Of a stretch of DNA of 64,000 nucleotides, positions 1 to 9,824 are shown one piece after another. Position 1 is the stretch's first letter. Each line of letters opens with the position of its first letter. The notes under the pieces are model-generated. The model had not been told where the DNA came from, searched no databases, and saw nothing but the letters and a program-made list of their open reading frames with translations. A program made the translations under genes and the position numbers. This DNA comes from an uncultured Rubrobacteraceae bacterium (GTDB taxonomy: Bacteria > Actinomycetota > Rubrobacteria > Rubrobacterales > Rubrobacteraceae), in contig CAWDDB010000013.1 in NCBI GenBank assembly GCA_963800975.1, positions 110,057 to 174,056 on the forward strand, in the 5' to 3' direction.

Positions 1-280
1 GCTCGGCCATAAGTACCAGACACGCGGTCATGAGAGCCGCCAACAGAAAGCCCAGGGCTCCCTCTCTCGCCCGACTCCTTGTTGCCCTTCGGAGCCAGCC
101 GGGCCCGGTCGCCGTCGTCGTGGGTGGAAGGATCGCCCGCGGATTCATGTTTTCCTGCCTCACCTTTTGTTTGTGACATGAGGATCATAGCCGGAGGCTC
201 TTTGCTGGCTCTTAGCTGTAGCGGTCCGTGCGTACTTAGTTTTAGGTATTTCTCGAGCCCTATCTGCGAAAGTGGCTGTT

Positions 281-3200
281 CTACCTGCGGTCTTGCTCTC
301 TTTGTTCGCTCAGCCAGGCGACGAGCTGGGTTCGGGAGCGCAGGTCGAGCTTGGAGAGGATGTTGGAGACGTGGGTGTTGACCGTGTGCTCTGAGAGCGA
401 CAGCTCGGCGGCTATCTCGCGGCTCGTCAGCCCGTGCGCGACGAGCGTCGAGATCTCCCACTGGCGGCGAGTGAGAACGTCGGGCCGCGCGCTCGACGGA
501 TCCTGCGGCGCCTCAGAGGCCGGCGCCGCAGGCGTGTCGGGTTCCCTCGCGAGGGCGTACCCGACCGCGTCTTCGGGGGACATCGCGCGTCCCTCCGCCC
601 ACGCGGCGGCGTCGAGCGTGACGGAGGACAGGTCTCTGTCGCGGTCGGCGCGTTCGCACTGGGGTACCGGGGTGCCGATGTCCCCGCGCAGGGCTTCGGC
701 CGCGCCGAACAGGCGCGCCGCGCGGCCCAACTCCCCGCGCGCGAGCGCCGTCGCGGCCAGCGCTTCGAGCACGCTGGCGGTGCGCCACCTGTCCCCTAGC
801 TCGTGGTGGATCCCCAGGCTCTCCTCGAGCAGCTCCTCGGCCTCCTCAAGGTCGCCCCGATGACGGGCCAGGACACCGAGCTCGTTGAGCGACCAGGCGA
901 TGCCCTCCCTGTACCCTGCTTCCCTGGACAGCGCGAGGCCTTCGTTCAGCAGCCTACTCGCCCGCTCGTGGTCGCCCTCGTGTTGGGCCGTCGCTCCCAG
1001 GTTGACGAGCGACCAGGCTATGCCTTCGGCGTCGTCCAGCCCCCTGTAGAGGGTCAGGGCCTCCGTGCACAGCGTCCGCGCTCGCCTGTAGTTCTCCTGC
1101 AACCACGCCACGAAGCCGAGGCCGTCGAGCGCGCGGGCGATGCCTTCCTCGTTGCCCAGCTTGCGCTGCAGGGCCAGGCTCTCCTCGTGGATTGCCACGG
1201 CCCTCGCGTATCGACCGCGCTCCCGCGCGATGCTCCCCAGGCTCTGCAGGGCGGAGGCGATGCCAAGCTCGTCCTCGAGCTCGCGGTAGAGCGCCAGGCT
1301 CTCCTCCAGCAGGACCGTGGCCCTGACGTAGTCGCACTGCAAAAAGGCCAGAACCCCGGCCCCGGTCAGCGCCTTCGCCCTGAGGCCTGCCGCGGAGTCG
1401 TGGGCGCGGGCGAGCGTTCCCTCCAGCCACTCGCGTCCTTCGCCGTAGTGTCCGCGCGTGTAGCAGAAGCGCCACAGGGCGCCGGCCAGCCGCAGACCGA
1501 CCTCGGGATCCCCGTCCTCCTCGAGCGACCAGGCTATCGCCGCCCGCAGGTTGCCGTACTCGTTCTCGAGCCGGTCCAGCCACGCTGCCTGCTGCGCCCC
1601 GGTTAGGTCTGGCTCGGCCCCCTCGGCGAGGCCCATGAAGTAGTCCGCGTGGCGTCGCCTGGCCTCGGGAGCCCCGCCGGACTCGCGCAGCCTCCCGACC
1701 CCGTACTGGCGCACGGGCTGCAGGAGCCGGTAGCGCACCTCGCCATCGTCGCCCATCTCCGCCATCACCAGCGATTTGTCGACGAGCCGGAAGACGAGGC
1801 CCGGGATGTCTTCCCTCTCCAGGCCGCCGCCGGAGCCCACCGCCTCGGCGGCGCCCAGGTGCCAGCCCCCCGCGAAGACCGAGAGCCGTCCGAACAGCAC
1901 CCGCTCGGGCTCATCGAGCAGATCGTAGCTCCAGTCCAGCGTCCCGCGCAGCGTCTGGTGGCGGGGATCCGCCGTCCGGGCGCCGCCCGTCAGGAGCTTG
2001 AGTGGGTCCGCGAGCCGCTCCGAGATCTGCTGCACGGAGAGCACGCCCACCCGCGCGGCGGCCAGCTCGATGGCGAGGGGCATGCCGTCCAGCATCCTGC
2101 ACACGTCCGCCACCGCGCCGGCGTTTCGCGGGCTCGCCACGAAGCCCGTGCGCCGGCGCCTGGCCCGCTCCACGAACAGCCGCGCCGACCCGTACCCTTC
2201 CAGCTCCCCGAGCGTGGGCTGTCGATGCGGGTCGGGCGTGGAGAGCGAGGGCACGAGCCAGGTGGTCTCCTCCGAGATGTTGAGAGCCTCCCGGCTGGTG
2301 GCCAGGACCCTGAGGCCCGGGCACGTGAGGAGTAGCTTCTCGACGAGCCTGGCGCAGGCGTCCACCAGGTGCTCGCAGTTGTCCAGCACGAGCAGCATCT
2401 CCTTGCCCTTCGAGGCGTCCACCAGCGCGGATGCGAGCGGCCGTCCCGGCTGCTCGCGCACCCCCAGGGCACCCGCCACCGCCTGCGGCACCAGCGCGTC
2501 CTCGGAGACCGGGCCAAGCTCCACCAGCCACACCCCGTCCGGGTATGCCCCGACCAGCTCCCTCGCCACCTCCAGCGCGAGCCGTGTCTTGCCGCAGCCG
2601 CCGGCGCCGGTGAGCGTGAGCAGCCCCGTCATCGACAGAAGACGCCTGACCTCCAGCATCTCGCGCTCCCGCCCGACGAAGCTGGTGCGCGAGACGGGAA
2701 GGTTGTGCCGACGTTCGTCCCGAGACCGCACCGCCGGACCATTCCCGGGGCTCGTGACCGACACCCCGAATCGCCCGGCCAGGATCTCCTGGTGCAGGCG
2801 CCGGCTAGCCTCGCCCGGCTCGATTCCCAGGTCGCGCGAGAGGGCGGCCCTGAGCCGCTCGTGCTGCTTTAGCGCCTCTTCCCGTCGTCCGGAGAGGGCG
2901 TGCAGCCTCATCAGGCCGAAGTTTGCCTCCTCGTGCGTCGGCTCGTTGCTCACCGCCCGCTGCAGCGCCTCGATCGCCGGCCCGTATTCCTCCCGCTCTT
3001 CGTGCAGCCCGGCCAGCTCGACGAGGAGCGCCTGTTGCATCGTCCGCAACCCCTCCCTACGTTCGTCGGCCCAGCTCTCGTACCTGTCCTGGGGCAGTAG
3101 CTCCCCGGCGTGCAGCTCGATCGCCGCCCTGTAGGCGGCCGGCTCCCGCAGACGACGGGCGGCCCGCGCCGCCTCCGAGAAGGAACCGACGTCGACCCAG

Positions 3201-3553
3201 AGCGAGGCGTCCGGACACAGCGTGAGCAGAGCACCCTGTAGGCGCAGGTAGTGGGAGGAGTAGGCCGGGTCCGGCTCCAGGGTCCGGCGGGCGATGTGGA
3301 GGGCGTGGTGCAGGTCGTTGGCCGCTGCCCTCGCGTCCAGATCTGGCCACAGCAGATCCATGAGCCGCTCCCGGTGCATCCGGTGCCCCGGCTCCAGGGC
3401 GAGCAGCTTCACCAGGCTTGCCGCCTTCCTGAGCCGCCACTCGTCCTCCGCGATGGAGCGATCGCCCACCGATACCCAGAAGCCGCCGAGCAGCCGTATC
3501 CGCACGGCCTCGGGCTTCCTGATTCGCGCTGCTTGGCGCGGCCGCGACATCAT
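281..3553 (-). CDS. Large STAND-type transcriptional regulator: N-terminal SARP module (OmpR-type winged helix + BTAD), NB-ARC P-loop ATPase, TPR repeats, C-terminal LuxR/GerE HTH
   Basis: 1090-aa ORF. The N-terminus (VRIRLLGGFWVSVGDRSI...LMDLLWPD...) fits the SARP/AfsR pattern. Walker A is GAGGCGKTRLA. The middle has many TPR-like repeats. The C-terminus (LTRRQWEISTLVAHGLTSREIAAELSLSEHTVNTHVSNILSKLD) is a LuxR-type HTH. Confidence 0.85.
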   Translation of the reverse strand: MMSRPRQAARIRKPEAVRIRLLGGFWVSVGDRSIAEDEWRLRKAASLVKLLALEPGHRMHRERLMDLLWPDLDARAAANDLHHALHIARRTLEPDPAYSSHYLRLQGALLTLCPDASLWVDVGSFSEAARAARRLREPAAYRAAIELHAGELLPQDRYESWADERREGLRTMQQALLVELAGLHEEREEYGPAIEALQRAVSNEPTHEEANFGLMRLHALSGRREEALKQHERLRAALSRDLGIEPGEASRRLHQEILAGRFGVSVTSPGNGPAVRSRDERRHNLPVSRTSFVGREREMLEVRRLLSMTGLLTLTGAGGCGKTRLALEVARELVGAYPDGVWLVELGPVSEDALVPQAVAGALGVREQPGRPLASALVDASKGKEMLLVLDNCEHLVDACARLVEKLLLTCPGLRVLATSREALNISEETTWLVPSLSTPDPHRQPTLGELEGYGSARLFVERARRRRTGFVASPRNAGAVADVCRMLDGMPLAIELAAARVGVLSVQQISERLADPLKLLTGGARTADPRHQTLRGTLDWSYDLLDEPERVLFGRLSVFAGGWHLGAAEAVGSGGGLEREDIPGLVFRLVDKSLVMAEMGDDGEVRYRLLQPVRQYGVGRLRESGGAPEARRRHADYFMGLAEGAEPDLTGAQQAAWLDRLENEYGNLRAAIAWSLEEDGDPEVGLRLAGALWRFCYTRGHYGEGREWLEGTLARAHDSAAGLRAKALTGAGVLAFLQCDYVRATVLLEESLALYRELEDELGIASALQSLGSIARERGRYARAVAIHEESLALQRKLGNEEGIARALDGLGFVAWLQENYRRARTLCTEALTLYRGLDDAEGIAWSLVNLGATAQHEGDHERASRLLNEGLALSREAGYREGIAWSLNELGVLARHRGDLEEAEELLEESLGIHHELGDRWRTASVLEALAATALARGELGRAARLFGAAEALRGDIGTPVPQCERADRDRDLSSVTLDAAAWAEGRAMSPEDAVGYALAREPDTPAAPASEAPQDPSSARPDVLTRRQWEISTLVAHGLTSREIAAELSLSEHTVNTHVSNILSKLDLRSRTQLVAWLSEQREQDRR

Positions 3554-3726
3554 CCGGGTCCCTCTTCTTCGGGTGGGATTCCGAACCCTATTAGTAGCGC
3601 AGAGCTACAAGATGTGCAAACGTGGGCATCGGGTTCCGGGCAATGGGTCCCCGTGCCCGATACCTGGAGTGGCGCCGGTTCTCGTCCGGGCAGCCACTCC
3701 TTCGCGCAACCGTCGGTCTTCACACC

Positions 3727-4212
3727 TCAGAGACGCCGGTGCATGACGTGGAGGCCGACGCGGCCGAGCGTGGGATGCTCGAAAGCTTCTGGAACGGTCC
3801 CGACGATGCGGAACCCGAGCGCCTGCCAGAGCCGCACGGCGGCGCGGTTGGATTGCACGACGGCGTTGAACTGCATCGCGGCGTATCCTTGCTCGCGCGC
3901 CCAGGAGAGCGCGTGCTCGCCGAGCGCCCGCCCGACGCCCCGGCCCCGAGCTTCGATGGCGACCATGAAGCTCGCGGTCGCGACGTGCGAGCCCGGACCG
4001 GGACGGTTTGGTCCCATGTGCGCCGTCCCAAGCACCCGCTCGCCGCCCGAGGCCACGACGGTGCGGCCGGGAGGAGCCAGTACCCACACGTCCCTGGCCT
4101 CCTCCGAAGACCACGCGGGGTCGTAAGGGAAGGTGTCGCCGGCGGCGACGATCTCCCCGAAGATGGGCCAGACCGACGGCCAGTCGGCGTCGACGTACTC
4201 ACGGATTCGCAC
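3727..4212 (-). CDS. GNAT family N-acetyltransferase
   Basis: The acetyl-CoA binding motif RGRGVGRAL and the overall GNAT layout are present. The ORF track extends to 4323, but GTG at 4212 (VRIREYV...) gives a typical ~161-aa GNAT. The upstream 37 codons are Arg/Pro-rich and look non-coding. Confidence 0.75.
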   Translation of the reverse strand: MRIREYVDADWPSVWPIFGEIVAAGDTFPYDPAWSSEEARDVWVLAPPGRTVVASGGERVLGTAHMGPNRPGPGSHVATASFMVAIEARGRGVGRALGEHALSWAREQGYAAMQFNAVVQSNRAAVRLWQALGFRIVGTVPEAFEHPTLGRVGLHVMHRRL

Positions 4213-4319
4213 CGCAACACCATAGTGGGAGTCCCGAGCCGGGGTCAAAGGAGAACGGACACCCGGACGGTCCGTCGTGCCCCGAGCGCGTTGCCGGCTC
4301 TGTTTGCCGGGTCCCGGGA

Positions 4320-4637
4320 TCATTCGTCGCCGACGGCGTCTTCGGGCTCCCGCCGCAGGTCCACGGCCACGGGCAAGGCGGTCCTGCGCCAGCCGGAGAG
4401 GCTCCCCGGGTTCGTCTCGTACTTCTCTACAAGGAGCCGCCTGGCCAGCTCGTCCTCATCCGGGTCCTCGACGATGCGGGCCCTGGCGACGAGGGCATCT
4501 CCGGCGACGCGGACCGTGACCTCGGGGGTGCGGCGCAGGTTTTGCACCCAGTCCGATCCGTGGTTGTCCGAGAGCATGTAGAGCGTCCCGCCTTCGATGG
4601 CGAACCAGATCTCGATCTCGTGCGGCCGGCCCGTCAC
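4320..4637 (-). CDS. Nitroreductase-family deazaflavin (F420)-dependent oxidoreductase-like protein (DDN/DUF385 type), N-terminally short
   Basis: GRPHEIEIWFAIEGGTLYML...DWVQNLRRTPEVTVRV...RRLLVEKY...WRRTALPVAVDL resembles the F420H2-dependent reductase family. Family-like residues (DRYDGEAFCYLTTTGRV) continue in frame upstream of the GTG at 4637 without an ATG/GTG/TTG start. Confidence 0.65.
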   Translation of the reverse strand: MTGRPHEIEIWFAIEGGTLYMLSDNHGSDWVQNLRRTPEVTVRVAGDALVARARIVEDPDEDELARRLLVEKYETNPGSLSGWRRTALPVAVDLRREPEDAVGDE

Positions 4638-4772
4638 CCTGCCCGTGGTCGTCAGGTAGCAGAACGCCTCGCCGTCGTAGCGGTCAGCTATCAGGCTTCG
4701 TCCTTTTGCGGCGGGGGAGGAGGGTCAGGATCCTCGAGTACCATGCGCCAATCGCCGATGGCTGACAGCTCT

Positions 4773-6371
4773 CTAGACCTTCTCCCGCTGTCTCAGCTCG
4801 ACGCGCCGGATCTTGCCGCTCGTGGTCTTTGGCAGCTCGTCGACGAACTCTATCCGCCTGGGGTACTTGTACGGGGCGGTCTGGGCTTTGCAGAAGTCCT
4901 GTATCTCGCGCGCTAGGTCGTCCGAGGGCTCGTAGTCCGCGCCGAGGACGACGAAGGCCTTGACGACGCTGCCCCGGTCTTCGTCGGGGGCGGGCACCAC
5001 CGCGCTCTCCACGACGGCCTGGTGCTCTATAAGGACGCTCTCTATCTCGAAAGGCCCGATGCGGTAGCCGGCCGAGAGGATGACGTCGTCCGAGCGGCCA
5101 ACGAACCAGAGGTAGCCGTCCTCGTCCCTGTAAGCCCTGTCCCCGGTCAGGTAGTTGCCGTCCCGGAAGACCGCCTCCGTCTCGTCCGGCTGGCCCCAGT
5201 ACTCCTTGAAGAGCGGGGGTATGCGACTCGCGAGCGCGATGTCGCCCGGCTCGTCGGGCCCGCACTCGTTGCCTTCGGCGTCCAGGATCCGCACCTCGCA
5301 GCCTGGGGAGGGCTTGCCCATCGAGCCGGGGCGCACCTCCAGGCCGGGGAAGTTGGCGACTATGAGGGTGTTCTCGGTCTGGCCGTAGCCGTCGTAGATC
5401 GTGACGCCGTGCAGATCCTTCCAGCGCTCGATAACGGGCGGGTTGAGGGGCTCGCCCGCGGAGACGGCGTGCCTGAGCTTCGAGACGTCGGCCCCCTCGA
5501 GCTCCGGGGTCTTGGCCAGCAGGCGGTACTCGGTCGGGGCCTGGCAGAGGACCGTTATACCGTACCGCTCGATCAGGCCTAGCCGTTCTGCCGGGTCGAA
5601 CCCGCCCTCGTGGAAGAAGATCTCCGTGCCGAAGCTCCACGGTCCGAGGAACACGTTCCAGATGCTCTTGGCCCAACCCGTCCCGGAGGTGCACCAGAGC
5701 CGGTCTCCCTCCTGGAGGTCCAACCAGTAACGCGCCTGCATCCGCTTGGCGTGGGTGTAGCCGTGGGTGTGCAGAACCCCCTTGGGGTGCTTCGTGGTCC
5801 CCGACGTGTAGAGGATAAAGGAGCCATCGTCTGAGGACGTGTCCTCGGCGGTGAAGTCCCCCGGGGCCTCCTCGACCAGCCTCTCGAACGGCTCCCAGCC
5901 CTCTCTGTCCTCGCCCACGGAGACGAAGTGCCTGAGGCTCGGGGCGTCAGCGCGCATCTTCTCGACCTCCCCGATGCCTTCGGGGCCCGAGATCATCGCC
6001 ACCGAGCCGGAGTGCTCGGCCCTGAACCTCAGGTCGTCGGAGCGGAGCTGCGGGGCGCAGGGGATCGCGATCGCGCCGAGCTTGAGTAGGCCGGTGAGAG
6101 TGGCGTGCCACTCGGGGACCTTGCCGAGAAGCACCATCACCCTGTCGCCGCGGCCCACGCCCATCTCGCGCGCGGCGCTTGCGAACCGGTCGGAGAGCCT
6201 AGAGAAGTCTCCGAAGGTTATCCGGCGCTCCTCGCCGTCGTCTCCGAGCCAAATCATGGCGGCCCTGTCTTCGCCCCAATCGTCCACCACGTCGCGTCCG
6301 AAGTTGAACCTCTCTGGCGTCTCCCAGGCAAACCGCTCGTAGGTGGTCGCGTAGTCGCCGATATTGGACAC
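4773..6371 (-). CDS. AMP-dependent acyl-CoA synthetase/ligase (medium-chain type)
   Basis: AMP-binding motifs are present: YTSGTTKHPKGV, GYGQTE, TGDRAYRDEDGYLWFVGRSDD, PKTTSGKIRR. Confidence 0.9.
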   Translation of the reverse strand: MSNIGDYATTYERFAWETPERFNFGRDVVDDWGEDRAAMIWLGDDGEERRITFGDFSRLSDRFASAAREMGVGRGDRVMVLLGKVPEWHATLTGLLKLGAIAIPCAPQLRSDDLRFRAEHSGSVAMISGPEGIGEVEKMRADAPSLRHFVSVGEDREGWEPFERLVEEAPGDFTAEDTSSDDGSFILYTSGTTKHPKGVLHTHGYTHAKRMQARYWLDLQEGDRLWCTSGTGWAKSIWNVFLGPWSFGTEIFFHEGGFDPAERLGLIERYGITVLCQAPTEYRLLAKTPELEGADVSKLRHAVSAGEPLNPPVIERWKDLHGVTIYDGYGQTENTLIVANFPGLEVRPGSMGKPSPGCEVRILDAEGNECGPDEPGDIALASRIPPLFKEYWGQPDETEAVFRDGNYLTGDRAYRDEDGYLWFVGRSDDVILSAGYRIGPFEIESVLIEHQAVVESAVVPAPDEDRGSVVKAFVVLGADYEPSDDLAREIQDFCKAQTAPYKYPRRIEFVDELPKTTSGKIRRVELRQREKV

Positions 6372-6483
6372 GGTTCCTCCTTGCTCCTCTTCCCAGCGAA
6401 GCTTCCCTTACGCCGTATCTTACCCGGATGTGGAGTGGTCGACGCTCTGGGCGAGGCAGGACGCTCTATCCGGGGCGGGGACG

Positions 6484-8043
6484 CTAACTCACGCGAGGCT
6501 CCTCGGTCTGCGCGGACCGGGGCGGGCCTCCGGCCACGAGAAAAGACGCCAGGACGCCGAGCACGGACACGACGAGGCACAGCAGCATCGCGCCGTCGAG
6601 GGCGTACACGAACGCCTCGCTAACCACGCGCTCGACCCTGTCCGCAACCTCGGGGGCCAGTTTGCCAAGCGACCTCTCCGCGGCCTGCGACCCCGAGAGC
6701 AGGCCCCGCACCTCCGCGCGGTCCGAGGAATCGAGGTCGGCGCCGGCAGCCGCTAGCACACTCGTCAGCCTGGCGTTCTCCAGCGCCTTGAACAGCGCGC
6801 CCGTGACCGCCACGCCGAAGACGGCGCCCATCAGCCGGACCATCGACAGAATCCCAGACGCGGCGCCTGCCTTGTTCTCGGGGATGACCGCCATGCCGCC
6901 GGTCGTCGAGACCGTGTAGGCGAACGCCTGGCCGGCGCCCGCGACCGCGAGCGCCGCGATCAGGGTCGCGGAGAGCCCGCTCGATGGCGTGGTAAGGGCC
7001 AGCAGGAGGAAGGCCACGGCGCTCGTCGCCATACCCACTGCCATAGGCAGGCGGAAACCGATGGCTCCCGCCACCGGACCGGCGAGGGCGTCGCAGACGG
7101 TGAGCGTGACCGTGAAGGCCAGCAGGATCAGGCCCGTGTTCAGCGGCGAGTAGCCGAGCACGTTCTGCAGGTAGAGGGGGATGAAGAAAAGGATCGCGCC
7201 GAAGCCGAAGTTCTGCGTGAACGCCACTGCGTTGGCGCCGAGATACCCGCGGTCGGCGAACAGGTTCAGGTCGAGGAGCGGGTTGCGCAGGCGCGGCTCG
7301 ACGACGAAGAACACGGCTAGAAGGACCACGGAAGCCACGAGCGTGCCGATCACGACAGGCGACCCCCAGCCCAGGGTGGGGCCCTGCTGGATCGCGAACA
7401 CCAGCGCGCTCAGCCCAGCCGTGATGGTGACGAGCCCGACCAGGTCGACGCTGCGTCCGGCGGATTCGTCCCTGGACTCGCGCACGGCGACCACGGTCAG
7501 AAAGATCGCGAGCAGGGTTATGGGCACGTTCACGAAAAAGAACGCGCGCCAGGACAGAGACTGGGTGAGGAACCCGCCGACCAGCGGACCGATGGCCAGC
7601 CCCACGGTACCGATGGCCGCCCAGATCCCGATCCCCCTGCTCCTTTGCTGCGGCGGGAAGGCGTTGCTGACGATCGAGAGGGACGCCGCGAAGAACGCCG
7701 AGGCACCCAGCCCCTGCACCACGCGGGCGGCGATAAGCCACGAGCCCGACTGCGCGAGCCCCGAGGCTGTCGACCCGACGACGAAGATGATCGTGCCGAT
7801 AAGCAGTACCCTGCGTCGGCCGAAGATGTCGGCCAGGCGCCCGGCGGCGACCGTCGGGGCGGCGAAGGCCAGCAGGTACGCGTTTATCGTCCACTGCAGG
7901 CCCGTGGTCGAGGTGTCGAGGTCCCGGCCGATGGTCGGCAGCGCCACAACCAGACCGTTGAAGTCGATGGTGATTAGGAGGGTTGTCAGGGCCATCGCCG
8001 CGACGGTCCACCACCTGCGGTTGCGGTCGTTGATCAGCGCCAT
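6484..8043 (-). CDS. MFS transporter, DHA2 (14-TMS, EmrB/QacA-like) family
   Basis: 519 aa and strongly hydrophobic with about 14 predicted helices. MFS motif A-like GRLADIFGRRRVLLIG is present. Confidence 0.85.
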   Translation of the reverse strand: MALINDRNRRWWTVAAMALTTLLITIDFNGLVVALPTIGRDLDTSTTGLQWTINAYLLAFAAPTVAAGRLADIFGRRRVLLIGTIIFVVGSTASGLAQSGSWLIAARVVQGLGASAFFAASLSIVSNAFPPQQRSRGIGIWAAIGTVGLAIGPLVGGFLTQSLSWRAFFFVNVPITLLAIFLTVVAVRESRDESAGRSVDLVGLVTITAGLSALVFAIQQGPTLGWGSPVVIGTLVASVVLLAVFFVVEPRLRNPLLDLNLFADRGYLGANAVAFTQNFGFGAILFFIPLYLQNVLGYSPLNTGLILLAFTVTLTVCDALAGPVAGAIGFRLPMAVGMATSAVAFLLLALTTPSSGLSATLIAALAVAGAGQAFAYTVSTTGGMAVIPENKAGAASGILSMVRLMGAVFGVAVTGALFKALENARLTSVLAAAGADLDSSDRAEVRGLLSGSQAAERSLGKLAPEVADRVERVVSEAFVYALDGAMLLCLVVSVLGVLASFLVAGGPPRSAQTEEPRVS

Positions 8044-8112
8044 GATGCTCCTCGTCGGCCCGCGGACACCCCATTCTAGGGGCGTCCGGCGCTCTCGCGC
8101 CGACTAGAGCAA

Positions 8113-9348
8113 ATGCGGCGCCTCCCTTGGGCTACACTGATGGCAACCAGTAACGAGATGGGAGAAGAATTGGTGGAACGAGCGGTTGTCTTGGGAGCGG
8201 CGCGGACGCCATTCGGGAAGTTCGGCGGGGCATTGTCTCCCCTGTCTGCGCCCGAGCTGGGCGGGACGGCGATCCGGGAGGCGGTGGACCGGTCCGGCGT
8301 CGAGGACGAGGAGCTGGGGCACTCCATCTTCGGCCTCGTCGTGCAGGCCGGGGTGGGTCAGATCCCCTCCCGCCAGGCCAACTTCCACGCGGGGCTGCCC
8401 TTCTCGCTGACGACCGAGACTATCAACCAGGTTTGCGCCTCTGGCCTGAGGAGCGCGACGCTCGCCGAGACCCTGATCCGCTGCGGCGACTTCGAGGTAG
8501 TCCTCGCCGGCGGGATGGAGAGCATGTCCAATGCCCCTTACCTGCTACCGAAAGCCAGGTGGGGCATGCGCATGGGCGACGCGCCGGCCGTGGACGCTAT
8601 GATGCACGACGGCCTCCTCGATGCCTTCGAGCACGTCAACATGATCCGGTTCGGCACGGACGGGGCAACGAAGTTCGACATCTCGCGCGAAGAGCAGGAC
8701 GAGTGGGCGCTGCGGAGCCAACAGCGAGCCGCCGCCGCGACCGACGAAGGCAGGCTCGCCGAGGAGATCGTGGGCGTCAAGGTGCCGGGGAGAAGAGGAG
8801 AGACGGCCTTCGTGGACGCCGACGAGCCGATCCGGCGCGACACCACCCTGGAGAAGCTGGCCTCGCTCGAGCCACTGGACGAGGGCGGCACCGTGACCGC
8901 AGGAAACGCGCCGGGCGTCACGGACGGGGCAGGGGCTCTGGTGCTCGCGAGCGAGTCCTTCGCGGAGAGGCGGGGCCTAGATCCCCTCGGAACCATCGTC
9001 GCGCACGCCAAGGTGGCAGAGGAGCCGCCGAACCTGCTTACGGTGCCGGGCAACTCGGGCAGGCTCGCCCTGGAGAAAGCCGGGTGGAGCGCCAAAGACC
9101 TCGACCTCGTGGAGATCAACGAGGCGTTCGCTGGGGTCGCGATCCGCTCGACGCGCATCCTCGGGGTGGACCCGGAGATCGTGAACGTCAACGGAGGCGC
9201 TCTGGCGCTCGGGCACCCGATAGGCGCCTCCGGCGCCCGCATTCTCGCGACGCTCATCTACGAGTTGAGGCGCAGGGGCGGCGGCAGGGGGCTCGCGGCG
9301 ATCTGCTCCGGCGGTGGCCAGGGCGACGCGGTGCTGGTGGAGGTATGA
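8113..9348 (+). CDS. Acetyl-CoA C-acetyltransferase (thiolase II)
   Basis: Has the active-site Cys context NQVCASGLRS, plus NGGALALGHPIGASGARI and CSGGGQGDAVLVE. The true start may be ATG 8158 (MGEELVERAVVLGAARTPFGKFGG). Confidence 0.9.
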   Translation: MRRLPWATLMATSNEMGEELVERAVVLGAARTPFGKFGGALSPLSAPELGGTAIREAVDRSGVEDEELGHSIFGLVVQAGVGQIPSRQANFHAGLPFSLTTETINQVCASGLRSATLAETLIRCGDFEVVLAGGMESMSNAPYLLPKARWGMRMGDAPAVDAMMHDGLLDAFEHVNMIRFGTDGATKFDISREEQDEWALRSQQRAAAATDEGRLAEEIVGVKVPGRRGETAFVDADEPIRRDTTLEKLASLEPLDEGGTVTAGNAPGVTDGAGALVLASESFAERRGLDPLGTIVAHAKVAEEPPNLLTVPGNSGRLALEKAGWSAKDLDLVEINEAFAGVAIRSTRILGVDPEIVNVNGGALALGHPIGASGARILATLIYELRRRGGGRGLAAICSGGGQGDAVLVEV

Positions 9349-9824
9349 GCGAGGACGCACGGGGGGCGCAGGACAACCCCGGAGTGGTCGCGCCGCCGCC
9401 CCTGATCTACGCCGGCACCCTGGCCGCGGGCTTGATCTCGAACGCCCTGTTCCGGGTTCCGTTCCTGCCGCGCGGGGTCGGAAGGCTTATCGGGTTACCC
9501 CTGGTCCTGGGTGGGCTCGCGGTCGGGCTGCTCGGCGTCCGCGAGATGAAACGCGCGGGAACCAACGTGGACCCCAGGGAACCCACGACCGCCATCGTCA
9601 CCGGGGGGCCATACCGGTTTACGCGCAACCCGCTCTACCTCAGCATGACGCTGATGTACGGCGGTATCACCGCCATCGCGAACGCGTTGCCAGCCGCGAT
9701 CCTGCTCCCGGTCGCCCTTGCCGTGATGCGGCGCGGCGTGATCGAACGCGAGGAGCGTTACCTGGAGGGCAAGTTCGGCGACGAGTATCTGGATTACAAG
9801 GCCCAGGTCAGGCGGTGGCTTTGA
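9345..9824 (+). CDS. Isoprenylcysteine carboxyl methyltransferase (ICMT)/phospholipid methyltransferase family membrane protein
   Basis: ATG at 9345 overlaps the thiolase stop (ATGA). There are several TM helices, and GPYRFTRNPLYLSMTLMYGG is the family motif. Confidence 0.75.
   Translation: MSEDARGAQDNPGVVAPPPLIYAGTLAAGLISNALFRVPFLPRGVGRLIGLPLVLGGLAVGLLGVREMKRAGTNVDPREPTTAIVTGGPYRFTRNPLYLSMTLMYGGITAIANALPAAILLPVALAVMRRGVIEREERYLEGKFGDEYLDYKAQVRRWL

Noticed and set aside
1-191. Possible minus-strand gene start running off the left edge (MILMSQTKGEAGKHESAGDPSTHDDGDR...).
   Set aside because: There is no SD, the sequence is low-complexity, third-position GC is atypically low at its start, and it is truncated by the window edge. 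It cannot be supported from 63 codons.
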